A stretch of 63,305 nt of DNA, the filler included, from Octopus bimaculoides (lineage: Eukaryota): the NCBI RefSeq assembly GCF_001194135.2. It is 5 parts of 5 records of this genome, joined end to end, with 100 filler letters (N's around TTAATTAATTAA, not from the genome) between each part and the next. Parts side by side here need not be neighbours in the genome. Positions count along the whole stretch, not along the records: positions 1 to 15,484 come from NC_068986.1; positions 15,585 to 30,223 come from NC_068981.1; 3 more parts are not named here. The stretch is one strand, 5' to 3'. A program made the position numbers and the translations under genes. Positions 10,860-21,187 of this stretch are shown one piece after another. Below the pieces are notes generated by a model. The model searched no databases, was not told the origin of the DNA, and saw only the letters and a list, made by a program, of their open reading frames with translations. Within the stretch, counting starts at the first letter, position 1; each line of letters opens with the position of its first letter.

Positions 10860-11258
10860 TGTTTTCTAATACAGGCACAAAAGTAGCAATTTTGAAGGAG
10901 AGGGACAAGACGATTGCATTGACCCCAGTACTTAACTGCATAATTTTATCGACCCCGAAATATAAAAAGCAAAGGCGACTTCGACGGCATTTGAACATAG
11001 AGAGCCGGAAGAAATGCCGCCGACCATTTTGTCAGCCGCTCATGATTCAGCAATTCACTCTCCCTAATTTTGGCAAAGGGACAGCAATTTGGAGGAAGGA
11101 GTTAAGTTGATTACATCGACCCCAAGTGCTAAACTGGGACGTATTTTATCTGCCCGAAAGGACGAAAGGCAAAGTCGACCTCGGCGGAATTTGAACTCAG
11201 AACGAAATGTCTCTAAGCATTTTCCCCAGAGTGCTAAAGATTCTGGCAGTTCGTCGCT
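10860..11258 (-). mobile_element. Two tandem SINE family B copies
   Basis: TTTATCGACCCCGAAA (about 10945) and GGCAAAGTCGACCTCGGCGGAATTTGAACTCAGAACG (about 11168) are reverse complements of the B body. Confidence 0.8.
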
Positions 11259-11408
11259 TAATAATAATAATAATATTAGACAGAACCACCAAGGTTAATA
11301 AACCGGTTGTTGTAGTAAAAGACAAACATAAAAAAATGTGTTTATTGACTAGCATGAATGTCCTTTTGATCAAATTTCGGCAAAAGAATTTGACAAGCTC
11401 AGAAAATA

Positions 11409-11527
11409 CAGGGTGTTCACAAAGTCTGGGTACATGGGATTGCCCCATACTTTAAGAAATTATTTCTTATATTTGTTTATGTCGTGATTTTATTTACTCC
11501 ATGTACCCAGTCTTTGTGGACACCCTG
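11409..11527. mobile_element. Tc1/mariner-type MITE (119 bp)
   Basis: 29-bp TIRs CAGGGTGTTCACAAAGTCTGGGTACATGG / CCATGTACCCAGTCTTTGTGGACACCCTG (2 mismatches). TA on both sides (11407-8 and 11528-9). Confidence 0.9.
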
Positions 11528-11543
11528 TAGATTTAAAGTTAAA

Positions 11544-11777
11544 GCGGCGAGCTGGCAGAAACGTTAGCACGCCGGCCGAAATGCTCAGCGGTATTTCGTC
11601 TGCCGTTACGTTCCGAGTTCAAATTCCGCCGAGGTCGACTTTGCCTTTCATCCTTTCGGGGTCGATAAATTAAGTACCAGTTAAGCACTGGGTCGACGTA
11701 ATCGACTTAATCCCTTTGTCTGTGCTTGTTTGTCCCCTTTATGTTTAGCCCCTTGTGGGCAATAAAGAAATAAGAAA
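11544..11777 (+). mobile_element. SINE family B, full length, TTTGTCTGT..GTGGGCAATAAAG tail subtype
   Basis: Complete head, B box GAGTTCAAATTCC, body and tail. Confidence 0.93.
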
Positions 11778-11779
11778 AT

Positions 11780-12061
11780 AGATTTAAAGATTTGCTCATT
11801 GAAATCGAAAACATGTGACATCTCAAGGCGGATACAACACCAAGGATTGTAGGGGCCCAAGGATTTATACATATAAGGATAAAATTGTTAGAAATTTTAT
11901 CAGTGGCCAGCATATAAAAATATAGACCTATGATTATATAAACATATAAACTGATAATTTCTAAATTGAAAATGATCCCTAGTTTACCATCCCAGTAAGA
12001 AGTGCAAAAGATTGTTTTAGCTGGTATGTCACATGTATTGAGAAGAGCATTGTCGCTGTGA
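11780..12061 (+). pseudogene. R4/Dong RLE C-terminal fragment
   Basis: RFKDLLIEIENM*HLKADTTPRIVGAQGFI ... PSLPSQ*EVQKIVLAGMSHVLRRALSL* matches the KY.DL.IE..MW...P.VVGALG...QK..L.GTA.ILRR.L motif. Not in the ORF track because of stops. Confidence 0.8.
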
Positions 12062-14857
12062 GAACGAATTACCATGTAAATATTTCATTTCGTTTTAGAT
12101 AACTTTATTTCATTTTGTAAATGAACAATCTGAAGTGTTTATTTTAATGACCTTTCAATGTATACAGTGTTTTTTTTTTTTTTTTNNNNNNNNNNNNNNN
12201 NNNNNNNNNNNNNNNNNNNNNNNNNNNNNNNNNNNNNNNNNNNNNNNNNNNNNNNNNNNNNNNNNNNNNNNNNNNNNNNNNNNNNNNNNNNNNNNNNNNN
12301 NNNNNNNNNNNNNNNNNNNNNNNNNNNNNNNNNNNNNNNNNNNNNNNNNNNNNNNNNNNNNNNNNNNNNNNNNNNNNNNNNNNNNNNNNNNNNNNNNNNN
12401 NNNNNNNNNNNNNNNNNNNNNNNNNNNNNNNNNNNNNNNNNNNNNNNNNNNNNNNNNNNNNNNNNNNNNNNNNNNNNNNNNNNNNNNNNNNNNNNNNNNN
12501 NNNNNNNNNNNNNNNNNNNNNNNNNNNNNNNNNNNNNNNNNNNNNNNNNNNNNNNNNNNNNNNNNNNNNNNNNNNNNNNNNNNNNNNNNNNNNNNNNNNN
12601 NNNNNNNNNNNNNNNNNNNNNNNNNNNNNNNNNNNNNNNNNNNNNNNNNNNNNNNNNNNNNNNNNNNNNNNNNNNNNNNNNNNNNNNNNNNNNNNNNNNN
12701 NNNNNNNNNNNNNNNNNNNGGAATGAAAATTGATCTTAGAATTCAACTTGGACGGAATTGTAAATATTAGTATCAAAAATGGACAAATGTTTAATAACCG
12801 ATATAAGATGAAGAGCGCATGCGCAGACAAATATAGTAAAGTCAATGGTCACTTCCTTTTCCTTTAATCGATGTGTTACTTTATAAAATATTGAAATCTG
12901 CTGTTACACAATCAAAATCTAGCTTTCGTTAACCCCGACAATATCGAATGATAATAATTGATGAACGGAAGGCAGCTGTCTATTACATTTTTTGAACGTT
13001 CTGAGTTCAAATTCCACCGAGGTCGACTTTGCTTTTCATCTTTTCGGGGTCGACCTAAACCGTAATATTGATGACATCACACTCCGCCTGACAGAAGAGA
13101 TCAAAGCAATGAGGGAGTCTTGAGGTTGCTCTGGAATTTTTTCATCCGACGTCATCAAACTTCGGCTGATAATGGAGGTAACAACACGCCGTTTATTCAA
13201 AGGAGGTCTAAATACACACATTTTTAACACCGCATCGTAACGAGGGAGAGAAGGGGGAAAAAAGGCAATTGTAGACCGTTCAATACATATTATGATTCAT
13301 TATTTTCAAACGAGGTACTTGGCTCTGAGGAGGAACTCTGAACTGGAAAAAGATGTAGTGTAAATACGCGCGTAATAAAGCGCCGCGATATAGAAGTGAT
13401 TTCGAATTAAACAGGCGTCATTATTGGAGAAAGCCTTGCTGCTTTAGACAATCTTGCTGGAGGTTATTCAATGAAGTTTAAAAGACGTCCCTGTTAGTAT
13501 TGTTTGGTAACTATCAACAAGTTGTCAAACAGGTGGTGTAGAAACCAAGGTTAATATCATTAATGGCCGAGGGGACAAGTAAAATTTGGTAAAGACTGTC
13601 TGACAATGATGGGAAATAGAATTTCTAAGATCGCTTTTACTCTTTTACTCATTAGTTATCGGATCACGGCCATGCTGGGGCACTGCCTTTGGGACTGGGT
13701 TCGATGTGATTGACTAAACTTATTGGTCCTTTTTTTTTTGCCGAACTTGTTTCAAGAGGCTGTATTCTCCAAAGAGAAAAATATTTAAAATGTGTTCACT
13801 AGAGATGTTTCGTTTATAATATTGGTCTTTAGTAAAGATTCCATGAATTAGGAAACAGATTCAGAAAATGAAGCGAAATCACTCAAGGATTTTAAACAAT
13901 TGGAAGATAAGTTGAAAACTTGCAATTCCAGTTTTCTTTTCGTCACAAAATCTTGAAGGTGAAAAGTGAAGGTGAATGCCAACTTCTGAAGTAAATCTCA
14001 GGAACATGTATAAAGTCTCCCACATGAATGTAAGCCGTCAAACTGCCTTAAAAATAATTCTGGAATACTTCACAAACTTCCATGATATGAACCAAAATTG
14101 GAATCGGATGAATTCCTCAGCTATTTCTGGAGAAAATATTTAAGCACCTGACCAAAATGGAATATAGTCAGATGGACGAGCTAACCAACAGGATTTCGTG
14201 AAACTAATTTATACTTCAACACCACACTGTGACGGGTTCCAGGTTGTTACCATGTATAATTAAAAAGCCCTGAAAGTACTTTTGATCTTCCCAGCTACAT
14301 ACAACGAAAACACATTTCACATTACAGCAAAATTTTCAGGAACACAATGTTACGATGCTTCTATCATGGAAATATTGACAGAGGATATATAAAGTTTTAA
14401 AATGTCTTTTAGTACCGTCATGGCTACGATGGTGACTGAAAAGAAAAAAAAGAAATGAACACATACAAGCACGGTAACCATCAAGCAAAACTAAATGAAT
14501 TAGTTCTTGGTCTTCTACTTTGCAAAGCAGTCTTGGTACGATTTGAAGTTGATGCACCAAGGACAGAGGCATTAAAAGTGGGGAGTTTTATGAAGCATTG
14601 AAATGAGAATTTAATTGTAATCAATAACAATTTCATTAATAGTTCCAGTGATTAACAGGGAAGTACGAGATTTTGAAATGGAAGAAACCCGAAATGTCAT
14701 CGGCAAAGAATATGGCTTGGGACTGAGAGCCTTTGAGATAAACGTTTAGATATGTAAAAGGTGTGTAGAACACAGCGTGAGTTCCTACTAAAAATAATGG
14801 TAAAGTCCTAAATCACAACCTGCCAAAGTTGGTGCTAAACAATGTCTTATTTTACAG

Positions 14858-15110
14858 CTGGGCGAAATGCTTAGCGGTATTTCGTCTGCNNNNNNNNNNA
14901 TGTCTTTTATTTTACAGCTGGGCGAAATGCTTAGCGGTATTTCGTCTGCCGTTAGGTTCTGAGTTCAAATTCCGTCGAGGTCGACTTTGCGTTTCATCCT
15001 TTCGGAGTCGATTAAATAAGTACCAGTTAATCACTGGGGTAGATGTAATCGACTTAATCTCCTTGTCTGTCCCCTCTATGTTTAGCCCCCTGTGAGCAAT
15101 AAAAAAATAA
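14858..15110 (+). mobile_element. SINE family B, 5'-truncated, spanning a 10-N gap
   Basis: Body and tail match the 11544 copy. Confidence 0.85.
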
Positions 15111-15484
15111 ATTATATGGACATGTTACAACTGTGGCTCTCCAATCAAACAAACTGCCATGAAGGAGACAGCTGTGACTCACTGACCGATGAAACAAGAT
15201 GTGAGCCTATTTTTTGTTAAATTGACCCCGCTAAACTCCGTACTCCAAGCAAAGAGACCTCGGCAAATATTCACACTAAGAGGAGACGAGATTTTCAATG
15301 AAAACCCATCAAGTTATTGGGGTTATTAACTAAATAATATATGTTAGAACTCAGGTTTATTCGAGCGAATATATCAGACTGAACTATCCCCAGAAATGAT
15401 TGGCCCCATTATTTGGTGCTAAGGATCATAGTTATATTCCCAAATAAGTTTAAAGAAGAGTAACAAAAAAAAAATCCAGTAACA

Positions 15485-15584
15485 NNNNNNNNNNNNNNNN
15501 NNNNNNNNNNNNNNNNNNNNNNNNNNNNTTAATTAATTAANNNNNNNNNNNNNNNNNNNNNNNNNNNNNNNNNNNNNNNNNNNN
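15485..15584. other. Artificial scaffold-join spacer
   Basis: 44 N + TTAATTAATTAA + 44 N; identical at four places. Confidence 0.95.
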
Positions 15585-16396
15585 GGAACGTTACTGAAGA
15601 TGCAACGAAGAAAGTGCAAGAGCCAGAGGCTGGTAGTAGTGACGAAAGTGACTTCATTGTCAAGCCTAAAAAAGGAGGAAAGAGAAAATAGGAGCCCCAA
15701 CTAATGAGGAAGAAAAAACACCTACAGAAAATAAACACGAAAACCCATTCATGAACATATCACTCCCGTCCACACCATAGAAGAAAAAAAACATGCCAGA
15801 CAGTCCGGCCTCGCCGGATGGGTACACAAAGACATGCACATTTGCAGACACACATAAACAGGAAAACACACACAGAGCCAAACCACTCAGGTCCCCCATA
15901 GAAAACAAAACTCACAGCATACACAACATTCTATAACAAAAGCGTGAACTTAGAGATGTTAACGAAATGGAAGAATACAAGGGTAAAACTGCCAGCAGGG
16001 GATTTTCCCCCCCAACAAAAAGTGCGTCCTGCTGGAGTTGGAAAGATATAAAAAATTGAAAAAGACTTTCAGGCCGGATGTGAGCTCCATAGGGCTGGAT
16101 GTAGACACCATAGGGCCGGAGGTGGGGTTTGATACCCTGCCTCTTGTCTTCGCACACATAGAGATGGAAGGGCTAAAAGTAAGTAACTGGTACTTTAAAA
16201 CAAAATTGCTTTAGATTAACTATGACAGAAAAAAAATGTATTAAATGTAACTGCTCGAGTAGCCATTGCATCACCACACCCATATTTCATCATCTCATTA
16301 ATCCATTCGTTTTTAATTTTTTTTCCTGCTTCATGTTTTGTCTGTCCTTGTACTGTCCCCTTTGTGTCAGACACCTAGTGGGCGAATAAACGAAAA
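15585..16396 (+). mobile_element. 3' part of a LINE-derived element (ORF1-like C-terminus, then 3' UTR and SINE-B-like tail)
   Basis: E/K-rich coding-like stretches (EPEAGSSDESDFIVKPKKGGKRK; KKCVLLELERYKKLKKTFRPD...), no RT or endonuclease motif, ends in the tail at 16337-16396. Confidence 0.5.
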
Positions 16397-16685
16397 TGTT
16401 ACAATCATCTCGACTTGTTCGCGGATGTTTGTGGCGTTGTTCGAAAAGTTTGACGTAAGTTGTAATAATTGTGTTTAATTGTTGAATTTGCACTGTTGAT
16501 TTATTACGTTGTTGAACTTTTGTTGAGCGTTTTTTAAACACCTATTTTTCTGCTTGTGACAGTCCTTTGTTAACGTTTTCCCCCTTGTGTGAAGGGAGAA
16601 AATATTNNNNNNNNNNAGTAGTGAACCTGAAACAAGTGTATGGAAAAATATCAGAAGCGGAGAAGGTAGTATAGTTTTAAATAGC

Positions 16686-17460
16686 ATGCCGACAGGAGAA
16701 GAGTTTATGCAAGGAAGAAAAGCTAGCAATTTTGCAGCAGCGGCCAGTGTTTCAAAAAAGTCAATAAATTGTGGAAGCGATGAGCTCGGAAAATACAATG
16801 GTATGATGAAAAGGAAGGAGAGCGAAACAGTGATTGCCCCTCCCAGTGAAACGACGCATAATGCACTGCGGTGCACCGTGATATACAAATCATATGTAAT
16901 CAAAGTAAAAAACTGGATAACGCAAGTAAAGAGGCGGTGGAGCTGTGCCTCCGTCCAGTCTGGAACGACGTGGCATATATCACAAGAGGAGTGAAGTATG
17001 CCACAATAGAAGTCCGTTTCAAAAGTGAGAAAAAGGCAAAACAAGCGTCGACGACACCATTAAATGCGGAGGAGGTGGTACTCCTACCTACTTATCTTGG
17101 AAGGCGAACTTCCAAGACTAAGGTAGGAGACACCCCGACCGAAGTAGACCCCGCTTGGCTGGTGGCAGCTATAATAAACGGCTTGGAGGATAAGATCACA
17201 ATTATGCAAGCTTCAGCCCCGGGACTGCAGAATTGGCAGGGACAAGACCTCAAAATGATTGTACAGGCTGCCCCGGCTGATTTAGAAAATATTATAGAAA
17301 CTATAGAGGTGTGATAGGGGGACTAAGCAGCGAGTCACGGTAGAGGTGAAGAAGCCTCGTTGCTCCAAGTGTGGTCAAAAAGGCTACGTTAGAACCGAGT
17401 ACCAACCTCCCGCCGAAAAAGCAGCGACTCGCCCCAACTGTAGAAAAACAAACAGAAGAA
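16686..17460 (+). pseudogene. Frameshifted LINE ORF1p (RRM-like region + degenerate CCHC knuckle), L1/Tx1-like
   Basis: Overlapping ORFs 16686-16994 and 16871-17314 (YITRGVKYATIEVRFKSEKKAK; LLPTYLGRRTSKTKVGDTPTEVDPAWLVAAI), then RVTVEVKKPRCSKCGQKGYVRTEY at 17331-17402. Confidence 0.75.
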
Positions 17461-17875
17461 GCTGCAGGTGAAACGCATGAAGAAACTCAAGGAAATGAAA
17501 GAGGAAGAGGAAATGGAGAAAGCCCAAGGAGAAAGCTGGGAGATTTTCTCCAGGAAAAAAAAGAAAAAGACCCTCCCCATCCAACCCTCACAAGCCATAC
17601 AAAACAACAACAACAACACCACCAACAAACAAACAAACAAAACATACAACTACAAAAAAATCCCAGTCCAAAGTGTTCTCCGTCCATCTAGACATGGATT
17701 ATACTAACCACACAGTTATGCTTACGCCTGTGAACCAGACCTACAAACCTCTGTTTCAGAGATTGCATCACTCTTGTTTATACACCTACATATCAACACT
17801 CAGACATATACGCATTTATATGAATACACACACGCACATACATACTATAACATGAATTACATGAGATAAAAAAAA

Positions 17876-18010
17876 GGCGGCGAATTAGCTATGTCGTTAG
17901 AGCGTTGGATAGCATGCCTGGCGGTATTTGTTTTCTGACAAGCGATGCTCTGAGTTCAGATCTTACCGTGATCAACTTCGCCTTTCATTCTTTCGGGGTC
18001 CACTAAAAAA
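17876..18010 (+). mobile_element. SINE family B, diverged
   Basis: GGCGGCGAATTAGC head and GCCTTTCATTCTTTCGGGGTC body. Confidence 0.75.
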
Positions 18011-18548
18011 TATCGAATTAGAGCAATGGATACGTTGAACTATTAGAGGATCGGATGTGATACTTTGTGGTGTCTGCTCCGGTCCATTGCTTTCTGTTAG
18101 CAACGACACAGGTGGCAAGATGCATTAATCAAAGACGTTCCATTTATAAGATGGTAGGGTTTAATTTGGCTGTTATTGACCCAAAGCAGCAGCTATACCC
18201 TTGATAAACATGTAGCGAGTGATATTTGCATGTATGGGGAATTGCCGGTCTTCCTAAAAAACAATCTTGTCCAGGCCTGATCATTAAATGTGCTGATGCA
18301 TGACCAACCTTGACCGACGGAGGCCCCCAGTGAGACAAAGGGAGAGCACTCGATACAATGTGCAGCAAAAGGGATATCCAGGACTGTTAACGATGTAAGC
18401 AATAAATTTTTATGGCGCTCGAAATACACATATTGTCATTTAAGTGTCTACTTATGTATAACTACATGTGTGTATTTTGGTCTACTGAAAATTCTAGTGT
18501 TATCACGAATAGTTCGAACAGAGGCATTAGTCTTTGACACTATGTAAA

Positions 18549-18550
<2 letters not shown>

Positions 18551-18602
<52 letters not shown>
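18551..18602. repeat. (CA)n microsatellite
   Basis: Direct reading. Confidence 0.95.
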
Positions 18603-18607
<5 letters not shown>

Positions 18608-18699
18608 TGCACAAAGACATACACTCTCGCGCTTACATATACGTCTGCGCGGGCATAAAAATCGCGAGTCGAAAAAATAGATGCCGTCGCTGTTATTTT

Positions 18700-18875
18700 T
18701 ATTTGGTCCCGAGTGAGCCCTGAAAGAGCAGAACTATGATCAAAGGAGTTCCATAAATGAACAACCCAACATTTTATTTATTTTGGGCTGCACTTCCATT
18801 TTGTCTGTGGTTTTCTTTTCATTAATTTGGCTGTTATTTCTAGCAGACCTAGCGACCATGCAAAAGTCACCCCCA
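18700..18875. repeat. Old dispersed repeat (probable ancient SINE)
   Basis: Motif ATTTGGCTGTTATTTCTAGCAG recurs at about 18166 and, as reverse complement, at about 19532 and 58437. Confidence 0.5.
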
Positions 18876-20040
18876 CATCAATGGATCATTGAAGTAATAG
18901 TGTTGAATGAAGGCAACTCGTCTAGACTAAACGACTGATTTATAATCAGGATGCAGTAATACACACAACAATTTCGGCCTTAAATATTCTAGAAGTAATT
19001 ATATTATGGGAATGTCACGGATATAAACGAGCTAACGTTTAATGTCCTCGGTTAGTGAAATGTTTGCAGAGGTGGAGATGAAGATTTCCATAGAAACACA
19101 TATTATTGATTCAACGATACAAACTTTTGCTTTTGATTTATTAAGTGTTTATCATGTCGTTGCTAGATCGATGTCTTCTGTATTAGGAGCAGCGTGCTTA
19201 AAAATAAAATGGTTGTATGGTTAGTCATTTAGTGGGACATTAAATAACTGAATATATTTCGCTGAGTCGGTCTAATAAGACGGAAACGTGTCCGGGGTTG
19301 CCAACCATAATTACCGAAATCATTAAAATAATTAACAATCAGTGAGATAATGATGTCTTTTCTTCTCCACATAAGTATTCCTAATTATGTTTCTGATGTT
19401 AACACACTTTTTAAGTATGGTAACAGTTCATTTAGTCATCACGACAAAGACAATGTTGGGATACGCCTTTAATTACTTTATCTAATGTGAGCCAACGAGA
19501 CAGCCTTTACGTGTTTCTCATTGCTCGATCTGCTAGAAATAATCGCCAAATCTCGAGTCAACGTAGGACTTTTATGCAATTGTTCGGTCTGCAATTTCAG
19601 TCAAAATTTTTTCCCAACTACTCAACTGTTGTCAAAAATAGTTAAAAATAGAGGATAAAAACTAGTAATACAAACCATTGACATAAACATACCTATACTA
19701 CATCGATCTTACCAACCACATCGCCAAGTAACTCCTCCCCGCTTACAGTACTCTCACAAATACCATAATTGAGGAAGATTTTCAATATTCTCAACATGAA
19801 AGTTGCCTGAAACGTACATACATACATACATACATAATACACATTAATGTAAATGCTTGTTTTTATGTTCAGTTAAGAACATTTTATATAAATCTAATGG
19901 GTTACTCTATACTTTTGTAGAGTACAAATATATTGTTCTTAAACAAGGGTGTTGTTGACAGTGACTTCGAAGTTTAGGCTGGCAGCTTAGCTGACCGAAA
20001 TTTCTAAGTCACTCTCAACAGCATTCTTATTTAAGAATTA

Positions 20041-20044
20041 TCTA

Positions 20045-20133
<89 letters not shown>

Positions 20134-20200
20134 GCCTGCCTGCCTGCCTGCCAGTCTGTCTGTCTACCTGTCTGTCTACCTGTCTGTCTGTCTATATATG
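20041..20200. repeat. (CTAT)n-(CTGC)n-(CTGT)n microsatellite
   Basis: Direct reading. Confidence 0.95.
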
Positions 20201-20515
20201 TATGTAGTATAATATAATAAAATGTAATAGAACATGCTTATAGATATTATTCATAATGTATAGATAATTGCAGCCAGACTCCCTTTATATCCAAAGTAAT
20301 CCACACCAACATACATACATATCTCATGAACCCAACTATAACATTTTTTCCAGTCTACTCTTCACATCTCGTTAACACTTCATTGCTTTTCTCTAATCAC
20401 CTACCAATTATCTTCACTACACAGTCGTACATTTATGAAAAATGCAAACACTTTTACAAATTTCATATATATTCATATTCAATGCTTTTCGGAATATACT
20501 TACACTTTATTCTAA

Positions 20516-20600
20516 TGGCTCCGATGAAGCTATATTGTGTTGCATAAGCACTCAGTTCTCAGTGCACTGCATCTGGTAGAGGAAACAGCGCTGTAAGCTA
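20516..20600 (+). ncRNA. Type I hammerhead ribozyme relic (core U4>C)
   Basis: Stem I TGGCT/AGCTA; core CCGATGA; long stem II; GAAAC-AGCGCT-GTA cleavage triplet. Confidence 0.6.
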
Positions 20601-20877
20601 ATGAAATTGTTTATGTGATTCCTGCTTCCATGTCATTCATGAATTAATATTACGCTCTATACTCGCCTAACGCTTTACTCTAAAGTATTCTCATATTGAG
20701 TTCTAACAACTGGTTATTAGTAGAGGTATATTTAAGGCAAAATCATATATCGTATCATATCATATCATATTATGTTATATCATATATATATAATTAAGAT
20801 TCAGTTGAATTAGGTATTTAAATTGAGGCACCAAGCCAGTTCGGTACAGTCCGTGCAGCTCGAAGTTAGGTGAACAA

Positions 20878-21187
20878 AATGCAAATAAGTAACAAGGATG
20901 TCCAGGTATCAATGCATTATGGCCGTTTCAAGTGGCTCCATTTAATTGATCTGCCACAAATATAACATGAGAAAACAATGTAATTATCTTGGTTTCTAGT
21001 ACTGATATAAAATTGCTATAAATGCTAAAAATAGTTTATCCTTTATGTTAGAAATCTATATGGTCATCTGCGTCTGAGGAGAGCGGTTTCTTTCAAACTG
21101 GTGTAATGTAATTAATCGATTAAATTGAGCCGCTTGAAACGGCCGTAATGCATTGATACCTGAACATCCTTGTTACTTATTTGCATT
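20878..21187. mobile_element. Foldback MITE with 69-bp inverted repeats
   Basis: Arms 20878-20946 and 21119-21187 differ at 4 positions. The right end abuts (TA)n and a gap. Confidence 0.85.

Noticed and set aside
13850-14620. Possible decayed Tc1-type transposase (NVSRQTA, SDG..NQQ, HTSTVT snippets)
   Set aside because: No TIRs, no readable DDE triad, many stops; needs TBLASTN/HMMER.
14842-14949. 48-bp direct duplication on either side of a 10-N gap
   Set aside because: Typical unmerged contig overlap, so an assembly artefact.
15122-15145. CYNCGSP zinc-knuckle-like peptide
   Set aside because: No His or second Cys and no surrounding ORF.
15529-15540. TTAATTAATTAA as a conserved biological motif or piggyBac site
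   Set aside because: Always centred in exactly 44+44 N; synthetic linker.
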